A stretch of DNA of 64,000 bases, taken from assembly GCA_963836755.1 (NCBI GenBank), contig CAWIKF010000002.1:640001-704000 (forward strand), read 5' to 3'. The position numbers and the translations under genes are program-made. Below are positions 49,973-58,486 of the stretch, one piece after another. A model generated the notes under the pieces. That model saw only the letters and a program-made list of their open reading frames with translations, searched no databases and was not told the DNA's origin. This stretch comes from an uncultured Verrucomicrobiae bacterium. Lineage in GTDB: Bacteria > Verrucomicrobiota > Verrucomicrobiia > Chthoniobacterales > Chthoniobacteraceae. Position 1 is the first letter of the stretch; every line of letters starts with the position of its first letter.

Positions 49973-51369
49973 TGAGAAAAATCGTCGTCATCGATGACGA
50001 GCGGCCGGTGCTGATGACGCTCGACGCATTGCTCAAGCGCAAAGGTTTTGAAGTGCATCTCGCGCCGACTGCGGCAGCGGGATTGGCAACGATTGCAAAG
50101 GTGCAGCCGGATCTTGTTTTGCAGGACCTCGGGCTGCCGGATGCAGACGGACTTGAAACGCTCGCGAAGCTGAAGCAGGCGAATCCGAAGCTGGTTGTTG
50201 TTATACTTTCCGCGCACGACTCGTTAAACAACGCCATCGAGTCGATCAAGCTCGGCGCGTTTCATTTCATCAGCAAACCTTACGCGCCGGAGGAGCTGCT
50301 CAACGTGGTCTCACGCGCGCTGGAGCAGTGCGAACTGGTGCGCGAAACGGAAAATCTTCGCGCGGAAAAAGCGGTGCTTTCGCGGCGTCTCGAGGAGGTC
50401 GAGCAGCAGCTCGCGCCCGTCTTCGCCAGCCGCTCGATGCGCGAGATCGAGGTGCTGATCAAACGCCTGGCGCCGAGCGACGCGAACGTGCTCGTGACCG
50501 GCGAAAGCGGAGTCGGCAAGGAAGTGATCGCTGCGCAAATCCACCGGCAGAGTCGGCGCGCGCACGGTCCGATGGTGAAGCTGAATTGCGCGGCATTTCC
50601 GCAAAACATGATCGAGGCCGAACTTTTTGGTTATGTGAAAGGAGCATTCACCGGCGCGCTGAATGATTTTCCTGGAATGATTCACGAGGCGGCGGAGGGA
50701 ACTTTGTTTCTCGACGAGATCGCGGAGATGCCGGCGGATTTGCAGACGCGCTTTTTACGTGTTTTGCAGGAGCGCGAGTATCGTCCGCTCGGCAGCACGA
50801 AAATGGTGAAGGCAAATTTTCGCCTGATTGCCGCGACGAACAGGGATCTCGACGAAGCCTTGCGCAGCGGCCGTTTGCGGCAGGATCTGTATTATCGGCT
50901 CAAAACTTTTCACGTGGAAATTCCGCCGCTGCGCGAACGGCGCGAAGATATTCCGACGCTCGTCTCGATGTTTGCGCGTCGCTTTTCCACGCAGATGAAC
51001 AAGCCGGAACCGCAGATCACGCCCGAAGCATTTCGTTTCCTCATGGACTATTCGTGGCCCGGAAATGTGCGTGAGCTGCAGAACGCGATCGAGCACGGCA
51101 TCGTGCTTTGCGAGGATGGTTTAGTGACGGGAAAACATATGCCGCGCGAGCTCCAGCTGCCGGCGATTCTGCAGGACGCCGCCGCGCGGCCGGCAACGGG
51201 CGACACGCTCAATCTCGACGAGCGCGAAAAGCAGGCAATCTTAAAAGCGCTCGCGCAAACCCACGGCAACAAGAAAAAAGCCGCGCAGGTGCTCGGCATT
51301 CATCGGCCGACTTTGTATTCAAAAATGAAACGCTATGGGATCGAATTGCGCACGGCGGATGCAGTTTGA
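49969..51369 (+). CDS. Sigma54-dependent response regulator (NtrC/AtoC family)
   Basis: REC domain (IDDE, QDLGLP, KP), AAA+ GESGVGKE, GAFTGA, LFLDEI, WPGNVRELQN and a Fis HTH. Confidence 0.94.
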   Translation: MMRKIVVIDDERPVLMTLDALLKRKGFEVHLAPTAAAGLATIAKVQPDLVLQDLGLPDADGLETLAKLKQANPKLVVVILSAHDSLNNAIESIKLGAFHFISKPYAPEELLNVVSRALEQCELVRETENLRAEKAVLSRRLEEVEQQLAPVFASRSMREIEVLIKRLAPSDANVLVTGESGVGKEVIAAQIHRQSRRAHGPMVKLNCAAFPQNMIEAELFGYVKGAFTGALNDFPGMIHEAAEGTLFLDEIAEMPADLQTRFLRVLQEREYRPLGSTKMVKANFRLIAATNRDLDEALRSGRLRQDLYYRLKTFHVEIPPLRERREDIPTLVSMFARRFSTQMNKPEPQITPEAFRFLMDYSWPGNVRELQNAIEHGIVLCEDGLVTGKHMPRELQLPAILQDAAARPATGDTLNLDEREKQAILKALAQTHGNKKKAAQVLGIHRPTLYSKMKRYGIELRTADAV

Positions 51370-51453
51370 TGGCGTCGGATTTCACGGGTGGAAAAACTGC
51401 GCGCAAATTTTTTCCGCACGCGCGCCGCGATTTGAAATAACGTTATTTCACCA

Positions 51454-54210
51454 ATGCTCCGTCATCGTGAAAAAGTCCTCGCCCATGCAGAGCAGCAGCT
51501 CGCGCTTCAAGGCAAGGAAAGCTCGGCGGAGCTGCTCGCGCTTTACAAAAAATTTCTAAAAATCGAGAACCACCGGCTGCGGCTGAAGCATTACGCCGGC
51601 GGCGGCGGACGCGAGATTGCACAGCAGCGCGCGGAGTTGGTGGACATTGTTTTGCGGCATTTGTTTGAGGCCGCGGTCGAAAAATCCGAGACCGGAAAAA
51701 CGAAGCTGCTCGGCCTTTCGCTCGTCGCGATCGGCGGCTTCGGACGCGGCGAGCTCAACCCGTTTAGCGATGTCGACATCATGTTTTTGCACGACACGTC
51801 GATGCGGCAGATCACGCCGGAGCTCAATGAAATCATCCAGCTCATCCTCTACATGCTCTGGGATATTGGCTTCAAAGTCGGCCATTCCACGCGCTCGATC
51901 GCCGGCGTGGTGAAACAGGCGAATGCCGACATGCTTTCGAAGACGTCGCTGCTCGAATCGCGCCTGATCGCGGGCGACCAAAAACTTTTCGACGAGTTCC
52001 GCGCGGAGTTTGTGAAGCGCTGCGTGCACGGCTACGAAAAACGCTACATCGAGGAGCGCGTGCAGAACCAGGCGGAGCGCCACGCGAAGCACGGTGGCAC
52101 CGTTTACATGCAGGAGCCGAATGTGAAAAACGGCTGCGGCGGATTGCGCGATTACCAGAACCTGCTCTGGATTTCTTGTTTCAAGGAAGGCATCGCAAGC
52201 ACCGCCGAGCTGGTGGAAAAAAAATACCTGCAGGAAGGCGAACGCCGCCGGCTCGACCGCGCATATGACTTTCTCATGCGTGTGCGGACCGAGCTGCATT
52301 ATTTAAACAAACGCGCGACAGACGTGCTGAGCATGGTTTTTCAGCTGCAGGTCGCGAACAAGTTCGAATACCCGCAGAAAAACATCCTGCGCCGCAGCGA
52401 GGCTTTCATGCGCGACTACTACCGGCACGCGCGCAACATTTACTACACCACCGAGCAAATTTCCGGGCGCATGACGCAGATGGTCACCAATCACAAATCG
52501 CCCGGCATCTTCAGTTTTTTAACGGTGCGAAAAAAACCGGAGGAGCATTTCGACGGATTCCACAGCGCGGATCAACTGATGTTCCCGGACGCGCGGGACA
52601 TTTTTAACGCCGATCATTTTCGAATGATGCGACTGTTCCAGCACGCGCAATTGCGGCACCTCGAGCTCAGCCCGGAACTCGAGCAATTGATCCGGCGCCG
52701 CTTGCACCTCGTCGATCGCACCTTCCAATACGCGCGCGCTTCACGCGAAACTTTTGCGGCCATCCTTTCGCGCAAAGGCGAGGTCGGCCGCATCCTGCGC
52801 ATGATGCACCGCACCGATTTTCTGGGGCGTTACATTCCAGAATTCGGCGAGCTGACCTGCCTCGTGCAGCACGAGTTTTTTCACCGCTACACCGCCGATG
52901 AGCACACGCTCGTCTGCGTCGAAAAGCTCGACTCGGTGATCGATACGACGCAGCCGAGGCTGCAAAATTACCGCAATCTTTTTCAGAAACTCGAGGATCC
53001 CTACGTCCTTTATCTCGCGCTGCTTTTGCACGACACCGGCAAGGCATCGGGCGCGAAATACCACGCGGAGGCGAGCGCGCTTTATGCGCAAAAAGTTGCA
53101 GCGCGGCTGCAGATTTCCTCGGAGCGGCGCAAGTCGCTCATCCTTCTCGTCGACAATCACATGGTGCTTTCCAGCACCGCTCAAAGGCGGAATCTCGACG
53201 ACCCGGCGACGATCGAGGAGTTCGCCGCGGTCGTCAAAACGCAGGCAAATCTCGATGCGCTGATGTTGCTCACACTCGCGGACGGGCAGGGGATCGGTGA
53301 CGAAACATGGTCGGACTGGAAGGAAACGCTTGTGTGGCAGTTGTATCACACGACCAGCCATTATCTCGCAGACGGCGCGGCGTTTTACAGCCAGCGAAAG
53401 AACGAACGGGAGGAACTGCGGGTGGCCGTCGCGAAGAAGATGGCGCGCGATTACGAGGAGGAAATCGAGGCGCACTTTCAGTTCATGCCCGACTACTATT
53501 TTCACACGAACACTGCTGCGCAGATCGTCGCGCACCTGCGGCTCTTCCGCGAGTTCCTCGAGATGCGCTACGGTGACACTTTCGAGCCGCTGCTTCCCGC
53601 GGTGAAATGGGTGCCGCATCCCGATCAGGGCCACAGCGAGCTTTGGATTTGCTCGTGGGATCGGAAGGCGTTGCTCGCGAAAATCGCCGGGTCAATCGCG
53701 GTCGGACATCTCAACATCCTGAGTGCAGATATTTATACACGCGGTGACAGTCTGGTGTTAGATATTTTTCGCGTTTGCGACACCAAATTCCGCGCGGTCA
53801 GCGATGAAAAGGACAAGGCGCAGGTGGAAAAGCAATTGCGGATGGCGTTAAAAATCGAGGATTACGACTTTCGCCCGCTCTTGCAAAAAGCGAAGCGCAA
53901 GCCTGGTTTTCATCTCTCGCAGGAACTCGATTTCCCGACGCGTATCGTCATTGATAATGAAGCACATCCTGTCTACACGCTCGTCGACATTCAGATGCCG
54001 GACCGGCTCGGCCTGCTTTACAACTTGCTTCGCGGCTTTTCCGAAGCGCGCGTAAACATTGCACTCTCGCGCATCGCGACGGAAAAAGGCGCCGCGATCG
54101 ACAGCTTCTACGTCACGAATCGCGAAGGTCGGAAATTGCGCGACGCGCAGGGCACGGCGGCGCTGCAAGACGCGCTGCAGCAAGCTGCGGAAGCGATGTC
54201 GGCGAGCTGA
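51454..54210 (+). CDS. glnD: [Protein-PII] uridylyltransferase/uridylyl-removing enzyme
   Basis: AIGGFGRGELNPFSDVD NT domain, EPNVKNGCGGLRD, HRYTADEH...LLHDTGK HD domain and two ACT domains. Confidence 0.95.
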   Translation: MLRHREKVLAHAEQQLALQGKESSAELLALYKKFLKIENHRLRLKHYAGGGGREIAQQRAELVDIVLRHLFEAAVEKSETGKTKLLGLSLVAIGGFGRGELNPFSDVDIMFLHDTSMRQITPELNEIIQLILYMLWDIGFKVGHSTRSIAGVVKQANADMLSKTSLLESRLIAGDQKLFDEFRAEFVKRCVHGYEKRYIEERVQNQAERHAKHGGTVYMQEPNVKNGCGGLRDYQNLLWISCFKEGIASTAELVEKKYLQEGERRRLDRAYDFLMRVRTELHYLNKRATDVLSMVFQLQVANKFEYPQKNILRRSEAFMRDYYRHARNIYYTTEQISGRMTQMVTNHKSPGIFSFLTVRKKPEEHFDGFHSADQLMFPDARDIFNADHFRMMRLFQHAQLRHLELSPELEQLIRRRLHLVDRTFQYARASRETFAAILSRKGEVGRILRMMHRTDFLGRYIPEFGELTCLVQHEFFHRYTADEHTLVCVEKLDSVIDTTQPRLQNYRNLFQKLEDPYVLYLALLLHDTGKASGAKYHAEASALYAQKVAARLQISSERRKSLILLVDNHMVLSSTAQRRNLDDPATIEEFAAVVKTQANLDALMLLTLADGQGIGDETWSDWKETLVWQLYHTTSHYLADGAAFYSQRKNEREELRVAVAKKMARDYEEEIEAHFQFMPDYYFHTNTAAQIVAHLRLFREFLEMRYGDTFEPLLPAVKWVPHPDQGHSELWICSWDRKALLAKIAGSIAVGHLNILSADIYTRGDSLVLDIFRVCDTKFRAVSDEKDKAQVEKQLRMALKIEDYDFRPLLQKAKRKPGFHLSQELDFPTRIVIDNEAHPVYTLVDIQMPDRLGLLYNLLRGFSEARVNIALSRIATEKGAAIDSFYVTNREGRKLRDAQGTAALQDALQQAAEAMSAS

Positions 54211-54397
54211 GAAAGCTTTCGATTGTCTGAAAACTGCCGCGGGATCGGCCTTTTTTCTGCCGGATAGGAGGTGAAGCGTTTGGGAAAAGTTCGCACGTAA
54301 AGCCAATTTGATTTGTGCGGACGATTCCTTTTTATAATGCGCAAGCGCGATGTCTCAAATCGGAGACGCTGCGAGGTTGTGCCAATTGTTTAACATC

Positions 54398-54697
54398 ATG
54401 AAACTACGAAAAGAATTCAATCGACTCAGCGGGTTGTTCGGCGATGGCGTGGAAAAAGTGCATTGCGTCACCGATCACTTTGGCGATCGCGTGCAGGATG
54501 AAACTGCCACGATGTTGCGTCGCGCGCGCCGCGGGTTGCGTAAACAACGCGGCACGTTCGTTTCCGCCGAGGAGCTGATCGAGCAGCATCTCCAGGACAA
54601 TGCAGCGTATTATGTCTTGGCTGGCCTGCTCCTTGTCGGGCTGTTCATTTACCGCGCAATGTCCTCGGCGGAGAATGCGCCGCACCGGGATTGGTAA
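54398..54697 (+). CDS. Small hypothetical protein with C-terminal TM (ElaB/YqjD-like architecture)
   Basis: 99 aa with a helical N-part and a C-terminal hydrophobic helix. Confidence 0.5.
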   Translation: MKLRKEFNRLSGLFGDGVEKVHCVTDHFGDRVQDETATMLRRARRGLRKQRGTFVSAEELIEQHLQDNAAYYVLAGLLLVGLFIYRAMSSAENAPHRDW

Positions 54698-55525
54698 TCA
54701 GCAGCGCGCCGCGATCCAATCGACGATGTCGCTCAACACTTTGTCGCGGTCGAGATCGTTGTGGGTTTCGTGCATGCCTCCCGGGTAAAGTCGAAGCGTT
54801 TTGTCCGGCGATTTAGAACTCTCGAAAAATCGCCGAGAAGCGGCCGGCGAAGTGACGGGATCATTTTCGCCATGCAGTAAAAGTAGCGGCAGGCAAAACT
54901 CAGGTGCGCGATTTACCGCATCCGAGGCTCCATTCGAGAGTTCGAAGAACATCCGTGCTGAAATGCGGTGATGCACCAGATCGAGATCCGGCATGGATGC
55001 AAGGAATTGCTGATCCCGCGATAGTCGGTCGAGCCGCAGCTCTGTCTCCAAGGTGAATCGCGGCCAGATTTTTCCCACGCACGCCGCAAGCCGCAGCTTC
55101 CTTGGATGTGGTGCGAAGGCTAGCTCGAGCCAGGGGGATGCAGCGATCACGCCGCTCGCGATCGGTTGGTAACGGAGAGCAAAATTAATCGCAGCCTGAC
55201 CGCCGAGGCTGTGTCCATACAGGAAAGATGGGATTCCTGTTCTTGAATATTCCGCCCAGACCAAAGCCACGTCGTCCAATAGTTGCACGTAGGAATCGAT
55301 GTGGCCACGTGCGCCATTCGACCGCCCATGGCCGCGGAGATCGAACAGGCAAACGCCGAAGCCAGCATCGCAGAGCCGCTGCGCGACATGCAGATACCGC
55401 GATGAATGCTCTCCGAGTCCATGAATCGCAAGCACGTTCGCTCGCGGTGTGGATAGCGGTTCGAGCCATCGGGTGAAAAGGCGTGTTCGATCCCCCGCGA
55501 TGAGCCACCGTTCCTGCGATTTCAT
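54698..55525 (-). CDS. Alpha/beta hydrolase (lysophospholipase/monoacylglycerol lipase family)
   Basis: HGLGEHS, DLRGHGRS, GHSLGG, HGEND and GMHE motifs. Confidence 0.9.
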   Translation of the reverse strand: MKSQERWLIAGDRTRLFTRWLEPLSTPRANVLAIHGLGEHSSRYLHVAQRLCDAGFGVCLFDLRGHGRSNGARGHIDSYVQLLDDVALVWAEYSRTGIPSFLYGHSLGGQAAINFALRYQPIASGVIAASPWLELAFAPHPRKLRLAACVGKIWPRFTLETELRLDRLSRDQQFLASMPDLDLVHHRISARMFFELSNGASDAVNRAPEFCLPLLLLHGENDPVTSPAASRRFFESSKSPDKTLRLYPGGMHETHNDLDRDKVLSDIVDWIAARC

Positions 55526-55600
55526 TTCTCCACAAGCTGCGCGCCACCCATCTGCACAAAAACGATTGTTTTCATGTCAGGCATCTGGTAGGTTCGCGGC

Positions 55601-56179
55601 ATGAGTCTTCCCCAAAAGCGTTCGGCATTCACTCTCATCGAGTTGCTCACCGTGATCGCGATCATCGCTATCTTAATGGGCCTGCTCTTCCCCGCAATGA
55701 ATTCCGTCAAGGAAGCAGCCCGCAAGACGCAGGCGAAAAATGACGAAACGCAGATCGTCACTGCCATCAAGGCTTACTACACCGAATACGGAAAATATCC
55801 CACCAACGATACCACTGATACGGTTTACTCGACGAACAACAACACCGTCATCGACGTCTTGAGAAACATGACCAACGGCGTCACCGGCAACACACTCAAC
55901 CCGCGCCAGATCCTCTTCCTCGAGGCGCCCGCGGTCAAAGACCCGACCACGCCAAAGGGCGGCGTGACCAGCGCCGGCGTCTACTACGATCCGTGGGGCT
56001 ACACCTACAGCCTGGAAATGGACGCTGATTACAACAACCAAATCACCAATCCCTATGGGAGCTCAGCCAATGCAGGGCCGTCACCACTGAACACCGGCAT
56101 CATCGTTTGGTCCTACGGCAAAGACGGAAAACAGGATACGAACCTCATCGGCGGGAACGACGTAGTATCCTGGCAATAA
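55601..56179 (+). CDS. Prepilin-type N-terminal cleavage/methylation domain protein (pilin/pseudopilin)
   Basis: KRSA-FTLIELLTVIAIIAILMGLLFP, EYGKYP, DPWG and WSYGKDG motifs. Confidence 0.9.
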   Translation: MSLPQKRSAFTLIELLTVIAIIAILMGLLFPAMNSVKEAARKTQAKNDETQIVTAIKAYYTEYGKYPTNDTTDTVYSTNNNTVIDVLRNMTNGVTGNTLNPRQILFLEAPAVKDPTTPKGGVTSAGVYYDPWGYTYSLEMDADYNNQITNPYGSSANAGPSPLNTGIIVWSYGKDGKQDTNLIGGNDVVSWQ

Positions 56180-56189
56180 CCAAATCCAG

Positions 56190-56263
56190 GCGGGTGTAGT
56201 TCAATGGTAGAACGCCAGCTTCCCAAGCTGGACACGAGGGTTCGATTCCCTTCACCCGCTCCA
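56190..56263 (+). tRNA. tRNA-Gly(CCC) with encoded CCA; probable integration site
   Basis: GCGGGTGTAGTTCAATGGTAGAACGCCAGCTT-CCC-AAGCTGGACACGAGGGTTCGATTCCCTTCACCCGCTCCA. Confidence 0.96.
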
Positions 56264-56727
56264 TCCCTGATACTCAGGGACTTACGCAGATAACGAGAGC
56301 GAAAAGTGGCAAAGTGAGAACAGAAGTGAGAACGCGTCCGCCGATTTCAGGGACGTTTTTTGATGTTCGCGGATGCTCTTTGCGCGGCTTTGATCGGCAG
56401 TCAATTTCTCGCGCGCGAACCGATGCCACACCCCGGCAAGGAATCTACTCGCGCGGATGAAAAGGGGCAGGCCGCCGAAGGCGGCCCCGGTCTCTTACTC
56501 GAATCAAATTTTCGGTTCCGGCCTCGCGCTACGGTTTGCCGCGCCGCTCCCTGCGATGAAATCGCAGGCGAGTTTTTTTCCGCCCGCGCTAACGCCCTCC
56601 GGGCGTCGCGCGCGTGCGGAAAAAAACTCGCCTAGGTGCGGCCCCGTAATGCCGAATTCGTTCTGTGTTTCGAGCCGCGCCCCAAATTAGTTTTGTGTTT
56701 GGCGTGCAAAGGCCATAGCGTTCCGCT

Positions 56728-57195
56728 ATGGCCTCCGTTCGACATGTTGCCGACTATTTCATCCGGCTCGCGGACGCGACCGCAGGGGATGTAATGACGC
56801 ATCTGCGACTTCAAAAGCTCGTTTACTTTGCTCAGGCGTGGAGTCTCGCGATTCGAGACAAGTCTTTGTTTCCAAATGTCTTTCAAGCGTGGCCTCATGG
56901 CCCCGTAAGCCCGGTTCTTTGGAACATGTTTAAGCAGTATGGCTTCAATTCCATCCCCGTTTCCGCTGCGACCAGCGACCCGGCTGGCATTCCAGCCGAC
57001 GAAAAGAGTTTTTTAGATGAAGTGTGGAGGGTTTACGGCGCGTTCTCGGCCAAGCGACTTGAGGACATCACCCATTCGGAAGGGCCTTGGGTTGCGGCGC
57101 GGGGAAACCTCGCACCGGCTGCGAAGTCGAGCGCTGAAATAACGCCCGACTCAATGAAACGGTTTTACAAGTCCAAACTTGCCAAAAAAGGGTAA
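56728..57195 (+). CDS. Panacea (DUF4065/SocA/GepA) antitoxin
   Basis: THLRLQKLVYFAQAW, FQAWPHGPV and LEDITHSEGPW motifs. Confidence 0.9.
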   Translation: MASVRHVADYFIRLADATAGDVMTHLRLQKLVYFAQAWSLAIRDKSLFPNVFQAWPHGPVSPVLWNMFKQYGFNSIPVSAATSDPAGIPADEKSFLDEVWRVYGAFSAKRLEDITHSEGPWVAARGNLAPAAKSSAEITPDSMKRFYKSKLAKKG

Positions 57196-57628
57196 TTACC
57201 GAAACGCAATTCCGACTGGCAAGATCAAGTCGAAAGGCATGATTCCGCAGCCGGACGAGCCAAAAAAAGGCAGCACGAATCAGCTAAAGGTTGTGTTGTC
57301 GTTTGAATTTTTCAACGCGGCTGCGGAATGCCCTTCACTTTGGGCGGGAGACGAAATGAAGGGGCTTTTTTCGATGTTCTCGAAGGCGTGTCAAAGGACA
57401 TGGCAGCAAGTAATCGAAACCAGCGGCAAAGCGTGGGGAGGGAAAGTCGGTTTGGGTTGGACTGAATTTAAGGACGCCGACCCGTTTCCGCGTCCCCAAG
57501 AACTTTCACAAGATTTGTGCATTTCGGAAATGCGTGTTTCCGCTGCGGCGAGAATCTTCGGTAGCCGGAAGGACGAATGCTTTTACGTCATTCGTTTAGA
57601 TCGCGGACATTCAGTTTGCAAAGTGTGA
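57179..57628 (+). CDS. Putative toxin partner of Panacea (RelE-like/MAG6450-like fold suspected)
   Basis: Overlaps the antitoxin. LSFEF..., TWQQV and EMRV....RIFGSR....FYVIRLDRGH resemble the RelE-type beta sheet. Confidence 0.55.
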   Translation: MPKKGNYRNAIPTGKIKSKGMIPQPDEPKKGSTNQLKVVLSFEFFNAAAECPSLWAGDEMKGLFSMFSKACQRTWQQVIETSGKAWGGKVGLGWTEFKDADPFPRPQELSQDLCISEMRVSAAARIFGSRKDECFYVIRLDRGHSVCKV

Positions 57629-58486
57629 TATGCCGCGCGCTCCAATCCAACCGCTGCGCACAGCCCGCGCCGTTCGCGGCCCTCGTGCTCGCAAGCTCCG
57701 CGCGAGCGCCGCTCGCGTCACGGCCTCTGCTTCCCTCCAAAAGTTAGGCGCGATGCGCGTTGCGGGGAAGGAACCGCGCTCATCCTTCGCTTGCCCGCGC
57801 CCTGCCACGTCGCCGCTCAGGGCTTGCCCGCCTCCGCTCGCCTATTAGGCTCCGCGCCGTTGTGGGGTTGCGGCGCTCCGCGCCCTTCGCTTCGCTCAGG
57901 CACGCGCCAGCGCCGCCGCCTCCCCACGCTGGCCGTGCGCAATTCCGCCACCGCTGCTATGCAGCTCCCACGGCGCGCGTAGCGTCGGGCTGCCCTTCGG
58001 GCCAGCGCGGGCGTTACGTCCGCCGTCCCGCCGCGAGCGCGTTCTGCGAGCGATGCGTGTTTGCGCTCACGCCGTTCGCGAGCTTGGCGCTCCGCGCATT
58101 GTCGCCGCGTCCCGCCTCGCTTCGCTCGCCCGCGCCGCGTCCGGCTTCGGCTAACGCCTTCGCCTCGCTCTCGCCGCCGCGCGAAACCTCCCGCTCCTTT
58201 TTGCCTTCCCTTCGCGCGCGGCGTCTCGCGAATTCGCCGCCGTCCCGCCGCTCCCGCCGCCTTGCCCCGTCCACTTCGCCCGCCGCGCGCCTCCGGCGTG
58301 GAATGGCTCGCGATGCTCGCGCCCCTATCGAGCAAGGGCGCTCTCCGGCGCGGCCCTCGCAACTCCCCAGCCTCGGGAGGAACACGCTCCGCGCTTCGCT
58401 TGCCCGCTGTCGCGGATTTCCGGCCCGCAAGTGACTTTGTGCGCGCGCCTTGTTTCCCTTCCTCAATCGTTGCACGATGCGCCGCA

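Noticed and set aside
58061..58486. 142-aa N-terminal extension of the MmeI-like ORF
   Set aside because: Low-complexity Arg/Pro/Ala translation of the hairpin tract. The family-typical start MPLSWNEIK is at 58487.
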